A DNA stretch of 64,000 nucleotides from Candidatus Doudnabacteria bacterium (GTDB lineage: Bacteria; Patescibacteriota; Doudnabacteria; UBA920; O2-02-FULL-48-8): NCBI GenBank assembly GCA_023246005.1, contig JAHFJG010000007.1, positions 7,312 to 71,311 of the forward strand. The letters run 5' to 3'. How positions within the stretch are numbered: the stretch's first letter is position 1; each line of letters begins with the position of its first letter. A program made the translations under genes and the position numbers. This document shows positions 1-7,663 of this stretch, in pieces. The notes under the pieces were generated by a model that was not told where the DNA came from, did no database searches, and worked only from the letters and a program-made list of their open reading frames with translations.

Positions 1-502
1 AACAATTATTATCGTTATTGTTTTGCTTGTCGGCGGTGGATTTTATATTTATAAAAATTCCAGTAAAGTAGGCCAACCTTCACAAGGAAAAAATCTTCCA
101 GATTTGATAATTGACTCAATCTCATATAAAGTTGCGCCTCCGTCGCATGATTCATTTGACATGCCAGTTCTTGGCCCTGGAAAAACTTTGGAATTTACAG
201 TTAAGATAAAAAACATTGGTGACGTTCCTCTTACAAATCAATTTTATATCTCGAATAGCAGATCAAACTCAGACTTTACTAGCGACTATTACTCCCATAC
301 CCAAATTGTAAATGACAATAAGCAGAAAGTTGGTCCTGGCGGAACAATAGACGTAAAAATCCTAGATTCTGTTAATGAAGATACTAACAAGGTGCGTTTT
401 CTCATCGCCACCGACGGCAAGACTGGACAGAAAGATGTTCCCTTACCTAAAATTGAAGAACAAAACTATCAAAACAATACTTACGAACTCCTAGTGAAAT
501 AG
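1..502 (+). CDS. 5'-truncated secreted or membrane-anchored protein with a CARDB-like (cell-adhesion related) beta-sandwich domain
   Basis: The ORF runs off the window start. The N-terminus is a hydrophobic helix (IIIVIVLLVGGGFYIY). The CARDB-like signature PDLIIDSISY...GKTLEFTVKIKNIGDVP is present. Confidence 0.45.
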   Translation, partial: TIIIVIVLLVGGGFYIYKNSSKVGQPSQGKNLPDLIIDSISYKVAPPSHDSFDMPVLGPGKTLEFTVKIKNIGDVPLTNQFYISNSRSNSDFTSDYYSHTQIVNDNKQKVGPGGTIDVKILDSVNEDTNKVRFLIATDGKTGQKDVPLPKIEEQNYQNNTYELLVK

Positions 503-533
503 GAGAATTTGCCCCCAAAGAAAAACTTGTCAT

Positions 534-566
534 GCCAGAGGCAGATCCGCCTCTGGCGGAAAATTG
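534..566. repeat. GC-rich palindromic mini-element, family R1 (CCAGAGGCAGATCCGCCTCTGGCGGAAAA); further copies at 6333-6360, 30930-30965 and 43598-43645
   Basis: Perfect hairpin CCAGAGGC/GCCTCTGG. The same core GGC(A/G)GATCC...TC(T/C)GGCGGAAAA recurs four times in the window. Confidence 0.6.
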
Positions 567-814
567 TTAATCTTCGCTCCGGAATCTTTTTTGCCCGCCC
601 GAAACGTCAGACGTTTCCCGCCCATTCCGAGTCCGCCGGAGGCGGACGAGGAGCAAATTCCGTTCGAGCTATTTTCAGAATACACCGCCTATCCCGGGCT
701 GTACCCGGATCGTCCATTTCGTTCCCAATATTTGGCAAATGTATCTGGTCTGCCGCGGAACAAAGAAAGATACAAGTTAATTTGTTCATCACTGATCTGC
801 TGTTGCATGTAGAA

Positions 815-1867
815 TCAGTTCTTTCGGTAACGCGTGGTCCGACCTTGTCCCACGCGCTCGACTTTTTTAAGCCGGATTAGCGTTTCAAGCGCTTGGGAAA
901 CCGTGGGCCGGGCGACTTTTGCGGATTTTGCGATTTCGCCAGGTGTCGCCTCGGATACGCGTTCAAGATACTTCCAGACAGCAAGCTGTTTGGGAGACAA
1001 AAGTTTCTCAATATTTTCTTGAGAAAGAAGCTTAAGAGCGGCTTGGGCTTGGGCCAGGCAAATGTTGAGAAAAAATTCCAGCCACGGCAAGACAGTTTCG
1101 TGGTCTGTCCGGAATGTTTTTTGCGCTTGACGGAGCGAGATATAATATTCCGCTTTATTGTCTTCAATTAACTTTTCATGCGACACGTATGCTACATATT
1201 CATAACCCGTTCGCAACATTAATAAGTTTGTGAGCACGCGGGAAAGACGCCCATTACCGTCCTGGAACGGATGGATATTTAAAAATTCAACCAGAAAGTT
1301 AGCGATAATCAGCAGTGGATGCGATTCACCCGTAAGCAACGCTTCGCGCGTCCAATCAACTAACTCCTGCATGGCTTTTGGAGTAAGGTATGTCGGAGCC
1401 GTGTCAAACAGAATGCCGATTGATTCTCCGACTTCATTTATCATTTCAACTTTATTTTCGGTTTTTTTGTATTCTCCGCGATGCCGTTCGTCCTTTTCCG
1501 CGTATTTAAGTAGCTCTTTATGGAAATGTTTGATTGTGCTTTCAGAAAAATGGATGTGTTTCCAGGAATTCAAGACATTGTCCAGCAGTTCGTAGTAGCC
1601 TTTGACCTCTTGTTTGTCTCTATTCTTAAATTTTTGCATGGAAAGCCCGCGCATTAATTTTTCCACGTCTTCGTCAGTGAGTTTGGCACCTTCAATTCGA
1701 GTTGAAGCTCCAGTTGAGGTAATTAACACTGAACGTTTAAGACGCCCTAGTGCTTGCGGGTTAAGTTTAGCTCCGCCAATCCACTGGCCTTTGAGTTCGT
1801 CAATTTGATTGATCAAAAGCCAAATTTTTTGCGGTAAATTTTTGATTCGCCTGTCCATCTGGCTCAC
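815..1867 (-). CDS. Fic/DOC family protein with C-terminal winged-helix DNA-binding domain
   Basis: Fic motif HPFQDGNGRLSR. The C-terminal wHTH-like segment is GEIAKSAKVARPTVSQALETLIRLKKVERVGQGRTTRY. Confidence 0.8.
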   Translation of the reverse strand: MSQMDRRIKNLPQKIWLLINQIDELKGQWIGGAKLNPQALGRLKRSVLITSTGASTRIEGAKLTDEDVEKLMRGLSMQKFKNRDKQEVKGYYELLDNVLNSWKHIHFSESTIKHFHKELLKYAEKDERHRGEYKKTENKVEMINEVGESIGILFDTAPTYLTPKAMQELVDWTREALLTGESHPLLIIANFLVEFLNIHPFQDGNGRLSRVLTNLLMLRTGYEYVAYVSHEKLIEDNKAEYYISLRQAQKTFRTDHETVLPWLEFFLNICLAQAQAALKLLSQENIEKLLSPKQLAVWKYLERVSEATPGEIAKSAKVARPTVSQALETLIRLKKVERVGQGRTTRYRKN

Positions 1868-2000
1868 ATTGAAGAAGTTAATTTAATATATAGTATATAT
1901 GAGATTATATTAGATTTATAATGATCTGTCAACTTGATAGTCTTATAGACCGGCCCTTCAAAATCCCCATATTTTAGGGTATGATGAGAGTGGGGCGACC

Positions 2001-2030
2001 CGAGTAGTTCGAGTCGCTTGCTCTCCGCCA
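2001..2030 (+). other. tRNA 3'-half-like fragment (GTTCGAGTC...CTCTCCGCCA) resembling the 3' end of tRNA-Ser at 4014-4101; no foldable 5' half
   Basis: It shares a T-loop-like GTTCGAGTC and the acceptor/CCA tail CTCTCCGCCA with the intact tRNA-Ser 2 kb downstream. No complementary acceptor 5' strand is present. Confidence 0.35.
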
Positions 2031-2037
2031 GTTGGAA

Positions 2038-2065
2038 CACCCTTTTTTCAAGGGCTTTTTTTTAT
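2038..2065 (+). terminator. rho-independent terminator-like hairpin (CCCTTttttcAAGGG plus T8)
   Basis: 5-bp GC stem followed by TTTTTTTT, directly after the tRNA-like fragment. Confidence 0.45.
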
Positions 2066-2097
2066 AACTGCCTATTTATGGTAAAATATAGCTTACT

Positions 2098-2158
2098 TGC
2101 CCAGTAGTGTAATTCGATTTTTAAAGGCGATTAGCCTATCGAATTTCTACTACTGGGG
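2098..2158. repeat. conserved inverted-repeat element (CCCAGTAGTGTAATTCGAT...ATCGAATTTCTACTACTGGG); second copy at 39014-39130
   Basis: 19-bp imperfect inverted-repeat arms. The same arms (CCCGGTAGTGAAGTTCGAT / ATCGAACTTCTACTACTGGG) lie upstream of smpB. Confidence 0.5.
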
Positions 2159-2194
2159 CTTTGTAACAAATCTTAAAGACAAACGTCTTAGTTT

Positions 2195-2731
2195 ATGATA
2201 GAGGAAGAATTAAAACGCAATCTGCAAAAAGCCCAAAATGGCGACCAAGAAGCTTTTGGCGCAATTTATGACCATTTTGCAGATAAAATTTACAGATTCA
2301 TCTACTTCCGCGTCAGCAACAAGGAAGTGGCTGAAGATATTTTATCTGACACTTTTGTCAAAGCTTGGCAGAAAATCAATCAGATCAATTCAGCTGCTGC
2401 CCTCTCCGCCTGGATTTACCAGATTGCCAAAAATAACATCATCGATTATTACCGTCTGAAAAAGGATCTGGTTTCTCTGGATGAAGTTGAAGAAATTCTA
2501 GAAGTCGAGATCAGCCCCATCGATACGATGGAAGTTAATCTCCAACAAAAAAAAATTTTAAAAGTTTTGGATCAGCTTTCAGAAGATCAGCGACAAGTTA
2601 TCGCATACCGTTTTTTTGAAGATTTATCAATTGAAGAAATTGCTTACGTCATGAGCAAGACCCAAGGCGCGGTTCGCGTGTTACAACACAGAGCAATTGC
2701 CAGGCTCAAAGAAATATTAGGCAAAAAATAG
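2195..2731 (+). CDS. ECF-type RNA polymerase sigma factor (sigma-70 regions 2 and 4)
   Basis: Region 2-like FGAIYDHFADKIYRFIYFRVSNKEVAEDILSDTFVKAW. Region 4 HTH DLSIEEIAYVMSKTQGAVRVLQHRAIARL. Confidence 0.85.
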   Translation: MIEEELKRNLQKAQNGDQEAFGAIYDHFADKIYRFIYFRVSNKEVAEDILSDTFVKAWQKINQINSAAALSAWIYQIAKNNIIDYYRLKKDLVSLDEVEEILEVEISPIDTMEVNLQQKKILKVLDQLSEDQRQVIAYRFFEDLSIEEIAYVMSKTQGAVRVLQHRAIARLKEILGKK

Positions 2732-2732
2732 C

Positions 2733-3797
2733 ATGGAATTAGATTACCCCCGACGCAAGGTCGGGGCTCCGACTGAAACGTCGGAGGAAAAGTTAATAGA
2801 CGAGATCACCAATCGTTTAAAAACTAATGGTGATGTTTCTGTTTATAAAAAAAACCGAAAGATTACCGGCTTCGTAACTTTACTTTCAAAACTTAATGAT
2901 TTGCCAAAAACAATTATTCCCTCTGCTGACCTGTTAAGAGTCAAAAATCAAATGCTTGATCGAATAGTAGTTCCGCAGATAAAGCAGGAAACTTATAGTT
3001 GGTTCGGTTTTACTGCAACGCTTCCTCAAATCTTGAGAATTAGCGCGGGAGTCCTCGGCACCTTACTGATTGTTATCAGCTTAAGTCTAGGTACAGCTGT
3101 CGTTGCATTAAACAGTGTTCCTGGACAAGCCGTCTATCCTCTAAAGAAAATCGTTGAAAATATTGAACTGAAACTTGCTTCTCAAGACCAGCAAACAAAT
3201 CTACAACTTAAATTTGCGGATAACCGCATTGATGAACTCCAACAGGTCTTGCAACAACAGCAAAGCGGCCAATTATCGCCCCAGGATGCTCAAAAAATCG
3301 TATCTGCTACTGTCAAAGATATCCAGAAATCTACCATTGCAGCTGCCAAGTCCGCGACTGCTCAACAGCCCAAAACCGTTATCGCCACCAAACTGGCTGA
3401 CATTTCAAATAAGCTCAAGATTGCTTCAATCCAAAGCGAAGGCCAGGTCAAAATCGAACTTGAACAAGCCAGCCAAGATATTCAACAAGCTGGAATTAAA
3501 GCGCAAGGCTCGTCTACTGTCTCTGACAATTCAGTTTCCGCTCAGGGCAAATTAACGGCTGTTGCTGATACCTATGTCAGCATTGGCAGTGCGAAATTTT
3601 TGATCAATAAAGATACTAAGTATGTCGACATAACAGCCGCGGACTTAAAAATCGATCAAGTCGTGGACATTGAAGGCCAAATCGTTGAAAATAAAACGTA
3701 TGCTCAAACAATAACTTTAGTTGCTGATCTTAAAACTTCTTCTGATATTAAAACCGATTCTTCTGCCACCCAAACTATACCTCCTGTTTCACAGTAA
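2733..3797 (+). CDS. putative membrane-anchored anti-sigma factor (single TM, extracytoplasmic coiled-coil region)
   Basis: Start is translationally coupled to the sigma gene (TAG-c-ATG). One TM helix lies around aa 100-125. Assignment is by operon context only. Confidence 0.4.
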   Translation: MELDYPRRKVGAPTETSEEKLIDEITNRLKTNGDVSVYKKNRKITGFVTLLSKLNDLPKTIIPSADLLRVKNQMLDRIVVPQIKQETYSWFGFTATLPQILRISAGVLGTLLIVISLSLGTAVVALNSVPGQAVYPLKKIVENIELKLASQDQQTNLQLKFADNRIDELQQVLQQQQSGQLSPQDAQKIVSATVKDIQKSTIAAAKSATAQQPKTVIATKLADISNKLKIASIQSEGQVKIELEQASQDIQQAGIKAQGSSTVSDNSVSAQGKLTAVADTYVSIGSAKFLINKDTKYVDITAADLKIDQVVDIEGQIVENKTYAQTITLVADLKTSSDIKTDSSATQTIPPVSQ

Positions 3798-3864
3798 GCT
3801 TACTAAATTTTCTAGTTATGGGGTTAACCCATAATTTCCAAAAGGAAGAAACTCATATGCGGGA

Positions 3865-3893
3865 AGGGCCATGGTGAAAACCATGGCCTTTTC
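3865..3893 (+). terminator. rho-independent terminator (GGCCATGG tgaaaa CCATGGCC TTTTCT)
   Basis: Perfect 8-bp stem plus T-run downstream of the anti-sigma gene. Confidence 0.6.
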
Positions 3894-4013
3894 TGTTATA
3901 ATGACACCTGGAAGGAGAGGTGCATGGGTGGTTTAAACGGACAGTCTTGTCCCGCCGTTAGCGGGATCCCGCCAACGTTTAAAAATTAACAGCAGTGGCG
4001 GGAAAAACCGCAT

Positions 4014-4101
4014 GGAGAGTTGCGCCGAATGGTAAGGCACCAGTCTTGAAAACTGGGGCCCCGTAAGGGGCTTGCAGGTTCGAGTCCTGCACTCTCCGCC
4101 A
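4014..4101 (+). tRNA. tRNA-Ser (anticodon TGA), class II with long variable arm, encoded CCA
   Basis: Acceptor GGAGAGT/ACTCTCC. Anticodon stem CCAGT/ACTGG with loop CTTGAAA. Variable arm GGCCCCGTAAGGGGCT. T-arm GCAGG-TTCGAGT-CCTGC. Ends in CCA. Confidence 0.85.
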
Positions 4102-4108
4102 AAAATTC

Positions 4109-4597
4109 ATGGAAAATAAACCACACAACAAATTGCCTGAAGGCATCATCTGGAAAGCTCTAAGCCATGAGCCGCAACGCCGGCCACCTGGCTGGTATCT
4201 TGCTTTCGCCCTCATCTCTTTGGGTTTGATAATTTTTGGGCTTTATAGTCACAGTATCCTGACAGTTGTTACTTTTTGCGTCATCATATTTTCAGTCTTG
4301 CTGCTTGGCAATTTACAACCAAGCGCGGTCACGTACAAAGCCACCAAAACCGGGATTGCCTTGGGCAATACAATCTATCCTTATAAGATTATTAAAACTT
4401 TTTGGATTGTGTATAATCCGCCAGAAGTTAAAACTTTGAATTTTGAAACCACGGCCTACTTTAACAATCAGCTAACTCTACAGTTAGGAAATCAAAATCC
4501 AATGGAGTTAAAGAGGTTTTTAAACCAATATCTGCAAGAAGATTTGAACCGCGAAGAATCAATGACTGATACTCTGGCCAGACGACTGAAAATTTGA
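4109..4597 (+). CDS. hypothetical membrane protein (2 TM helices)
   Basis: ORF with hydrophobic segments LAFALISLGLIIFGLY and VVTFCVIIFSVLLLG. No recognisable family. Start is 8 nt after the tRNA CCA, so the true start may be internal. Confidence 0.35.
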   Translation: MENKPHNKLPEGIIWKALSHEPQRRPPGWYLAFALISLGLIIFGLYSHSILTVVTFCVIIFSVLLLGNLQPSAVTYKATKTGIALGNTIYPYKIIKTFWIVYNPPEVKTLNFETTAYFNNQLTLQLGNQNPMELKRFLNQYLQEDLNREESMTDTLARRLKI

Positions 4598-4617
4598 TAA
4601 GATTTAGCCTCAATAAT

Positions 4618-4692
4618 GCGCTCGTCGTTCAACGGATAGGACTCAAGCTTGCGGAGCTTGTAATCGAGGTTCGATTCCTCGCGAGCGCACCA
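4618..4692 (+). tRNA. tRNA-Arg (anticodon reads GCG from the sequence, which is unusual), encoded CCA
   Basis: Acceptor GCGCTCG/CGAGCGC. D-arm GTTC-AACGGATA-GGAC. Anticodon stem CAAGC/GCTTG with loop TTGCGGA. T-arm CGAGG-TTCGATT-CCTCG. Discriminator A then CCA. Confidence 0.7.
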
Positions 4693-4744
4693 AGAATAAA
4701 TGGCGGCACCGTTGCCGTTTTTTATTTGCTATAATTGAACAAAT

Positions 4745-6814
4745 ATGTTTGACCTTACAATTCCAATTGAACAACTTTACTTGGTCGGTCCGGCGCGCGC
4801 CAAGTTGCTGAAAAACCTTGGCATCAAGACACTGGAAGACCTGCTTTTTTATTTTCCCCGCGCCCACAATGATCTGTCCAAGTTTACCTTGATTGCCGAT
4901 CTGAAACTTGGCGATAACGCCAATGTTAAAGCCAAAATTTTGGAAGTCAAAAGTTTCCGCACCAAGATCCGCAGATTTACTCTGACCCAGGCTTTGATCG
5001 AGGACGATACTGCGAGTATTCTTTGCGTTTGGTTTAACCAACCGTTTCTGACCAGAGTTTTGAAAAAAAATGAATACTTTATTTTTTCTGGCAAAGTCAC
5101 AATTAGCAAAAATAGGCTGCAGCTGCAAAACCCAGTTTATGAACAAGAACGGGACGAGCAGATTCATACTTCCCGCCTTGTTCCTCTCTATTCTCTAACT
5201 GCCAATCTAACCCAAAAACAATTGCGCTACATTATCAAAACTTATCTTGATAAAGTTACGATTCCTGAATATTTACCCAAAGATATTTTACAGAAAGAGA
5301 AGCTATTAAATGAAAATTACGCGGTCAAAACCTTCCACTTTCCTAAAGATTATTCGGCTCTAAATCAGGCGCAGAACCGTCTGGCATTTGATGAAATCTT
5401 CCAAACCCAGGTGCGTGTCCTGCAATATAAAAAAACGCGCGAGCAAAAAAATTCTTTCAAAATTAATGTTGATGTTGATTTAGCCGACAAAATAAAATCA
5501 CTCTCATTTGAATTAACAGCGGGACAAAAACAAGCCCTAGCTGAAATTATTAATGATTTTAAAAAGCCTTTCCCGGCCAATCGCCTGCTTGAAGGCGATG
5601 TCGGATCAGGCAAAACCATCATCGCCGCTCTGGCAGCTTATTTAATGGCTCAAAATGGCCTTCAGACTGCAATTCTGTCACCTACTGAAGTCTTGGCCAA
5701 TCAGCATTATTTCAACTTTTTAAAGCTGTTTGCCCGCGATAATTTTGATATAGCGCTTCTGACTTCTTCGCAAGCCCATTTTAACGGCAATCCTGCTACT
5801 CGCGCTACAGTTATTTCTCAAATTACATCGGGCAAAGCCAAAATTATTTTAGGCACCCACGCGCTGTTGGAAAAAGAAATTAAATTTGCCCAGCTTGGTT
5901 TGGTCATAATCGATGAGCAGCACCGCTTTGGCGTGCAACAACGCTCAATCCTGAAGCAAATCAGCAATGCCCATCTCCTGACCATGAGCGCCACTCCGAT
6001 CCCCCGCACTCTGGCTCTTACTTTGTACGGCGATTTGGATTTATCGCAACTAAAAGAGTTGCCGGCAGGCCGTCAGAAAATTTTAACGAAAATCGTGGCT
6101 GAAGAAAATCGAACCAAAGCTTACGAATTTATTGCCAAACAAATCGAATCCGGTAGACAGATATTTGTCATCTGTCCTCTCATTGATGACTCGGATAAAT
6201 TAGGAGTTAAATCAGCCACAGCTGAATTCAAAAAATTAGCCAACGAAATATTTCCACAATTCGAAGTTGGGCTTCTTCACGGTAAACTCAAAACCGCTGA
6301 AAAAGAAAAAACTATGCAGCAATTTTCCGCCAAAGGCGGATCCGCCTCCGGCGGAAAAGACTCCTATATCGACATTCTGGTGTCCACATCTGTGATCGAA
6401 GTTGGCGTGGATGTGCCCAATGCATCTGTCATGATGATTGAAGGCGCCCAGCGGTTTGGCCTGGCCCAGCTTCACCAGTTCCGCGGCCGCGTGGGCAGAA
6501 GTGACCATAAATCGTATTGTTTCCTATTTTCTGATGATCCAAACAGCATCAACAATCCTAGACTACAAGCTCTGGTGGAAAGCAATAATGGCTTTGATCT
6601 GGCGGAAAAAGATCTGCAAATCCGAGGAGCCGGCGATCTTTATGGCACCAAGCAATCAGGCTATGATTTTAAAATCGCCAGCCTGAACAATCTAGATTTA
6701 GTTGAGCGGTCCCGAAACTATGCTGAAAAACTTTTGGATCAAGATATTAACTTGAACAATTATCCCCTTTTGAAACAAAAAATGGATAGTCAACCCCTTG
6801 TGCATTTGGAATAA
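4745..6814 (+). CDS. recG: ATP-dependent DNA helicase RecG
   Basis: N-terminal wedge/OB region. Walker A DVGSGKT. DEQHRFGV. The C-terminal helicase motifs VIEVGVDVPNASVMMIEGAQRFGLAQLHQFRGRVGR closely match E. coli RecG. Confidence 0.9.
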   Translation: MFDLTIPIEQLYLVGPARAKLLKNLGIKTLEDLLFYFPRAHNDLSKFTLIADLKLGDNANVKAKILEVKSFRTKIRRFTLTQALIEDDTASILCVWFNQPFLTRVLKKNEYFIFSGKVTISKNRLQLQNPVYEQERDEQIHTSRLVPLYSLTANLTQKQLRYIIKTYLDKVTIPEYLPKDILQKEKLLNENYAVKTFHFPKDYSALNQAQNRLAFDEIFQTQVRVLQYKKTREQKNSFKINVDVDLADKIKSLSFELTAGQKQALAEIINDFKKPFPANRLLEGDVGSGKTIIAALAAYLMAQNGLQTAILSPTEVLANQHYFNFLKLFARDNFDIALLTSSQAHFNGNPATRATVISQITSGKAKIILGTHALLEKEIKFAQLGLVIIDEQHRFGVQQRSILKQISNAHLLTMSATPIPRTLALTLYGDLDLSQLKELPAGRQKILTKIVAEENRTKAYEFIAKQIESGRQIFVICPLIDDSDKLGVKSATAEFKKLANEIFPQFEVGLLHGKLKTAEKEKTMQQFSAKGGSASGGKDSYIDILVSTSVIEVGVDVPNASVMMIEGAQRFGLAQLHQFRGRVGRSDHKSYCFLFSDDPNSINNPRLQALVESNNGFDLAEKDLQIRGAGDLYGTKQSGYDFKIASLNNLDLVERSRNYAEKLLDQDINLNNYPLLKQKMDSQPLVHLE
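6333..6360 (+). repeat. R1 mini-element copy inside recG, in frame (encodes GGSASGGK)
   Basis: AAAGGCGGATCCGCCTCCGGCGGAAAAG. It coincides with ~10 extra residues relative to canonical RecG, between ...MQQF and ...VIEVGVD. Confidence 0.6.
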
Positions 6815-6875
6815 TCCTGCTAAAATAATTGCGTTCATGTACTGCTAGTTCACCCCAATCAGACAGGAGGTTTCC

Positions 6876-7065
6876 TATGCCCCAAGCGGATCAGCTCGGC
6901 CGCAAGATGCGCAAGCAGGTTGCCAAGTTCCGCAGTCAATTGGCGCGAAAAAAGATCCATACGAAAACGGATCTCGACGCCATGACCCGTGACATGCACC
7001 CTGAGGACTACAAACGCATCGCAGGTCTGATTCCGCACGTTTTCCCGGCGGCACGGCCGTCGTAA
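6876..7065 (+). CDS. small basic hypothetical protein (63 aa) in a GC-rich island
   Basis: Strong SD AGGAGG 7 nt upstream of the ATG. Local GC about 55-58% against about 38% background. Confidence 0.35.
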
Positions 7066-7174
7066 GATCAACGCTTCGTTGTCGATCGGAGGTGCGTTGT
7101 GGGACACGCTCGCCCACCACCCCAAACATTGCTTCTGTCCACCCGACTATTAACGCACATCGTGGAGACAAGCA

Positions 7175-7399
7175 ATGGCAGACCAAACTTTCCCATTCGT
7201 GGTAAGAGTCAACGGAAATATCAGATTCGTTCAACCGCAGCCCTTCAAGGAAGGAGCCCAGGCCACAATCGAAGGCGCGATGCCTAACGGTCAATTCGTG
7301 CATGTAAGGGAGCACAACCGACCTTTACATATTGACCGGTTCGACTTAAACGACGAGCAGCTGGATCTCATCCGTAACAAGCACAAGAGAGACTCGTAG
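7175..7399 (+). CDS. small hypothetical protein (74 aa) in a GC-rich island
   Basis: SD GGAGA before the ATG. GC3-rich codon usage atypical for the rest of the window. Confidence 0.35.
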   Translation: MADQTFPFVVRVNGNIRFVQPQPFKEGAQATIEGAMPNGQFVHVREHNRPLHIDRFDLNDEQLDLIRNKHKRDS

Positions 7400-7590
7400 A
7401 TAAAGTTTAAAGGCCTGAAGAGCAGAAAAAGGGGTAAATGACAGTCAATTCTGTGCTTCAGACTTTTAAGCGTGTTACCTTAGCGGTGAGAGACAACCTG
7501 ACTCCCGATGACTGTCGGGAAGGCCAAACTCAACCCAAAAGGTGACAGCCAGGTGGCTCACTACCAGCGGGCCACCTGGTCTATTTTCCC

Positions 7591-7624
7591 GCCGAAACGG
7601 CTTCCGTTTCGGCTTTTTTATTTC
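7591..7624 (+). terminator. rho-independent terminator (GCCGAAACGG cttc CGTTTCGGC plus T-run)
   Basis: 9-bp stem plus TTTTTTATTT. Two GC hairpins precede it (7504-7519, 7549-7579). Confidence 0.6.
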
Positions 7625-7663
7625 GACGAAGTCGAAATACTCCGACCGCGGAGCGCGTCGGAG

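Noticed and set aside
509-880. Plus-strand ORFs 509-880 and 564-812 in the spacer after the first gene
   Set aside because: They run through the R1 hairpin and the GC-rich palindromic spacer and overlap the fic 3' end. No SD. Composition-driven ORFs.
3979-4215. Minus-strand ORF overlapping tRNA-Ser
   Set aside because: Fully overlaps a confidently folded tRNA gene.
4692-6820. Integrative element inserted at tRNA-Arg, with recG as first cargo gene
   Set aside because: recG is core housekeeping with native composition. No integrase or direct repeat of the tRNA-Arg 3' end was found.
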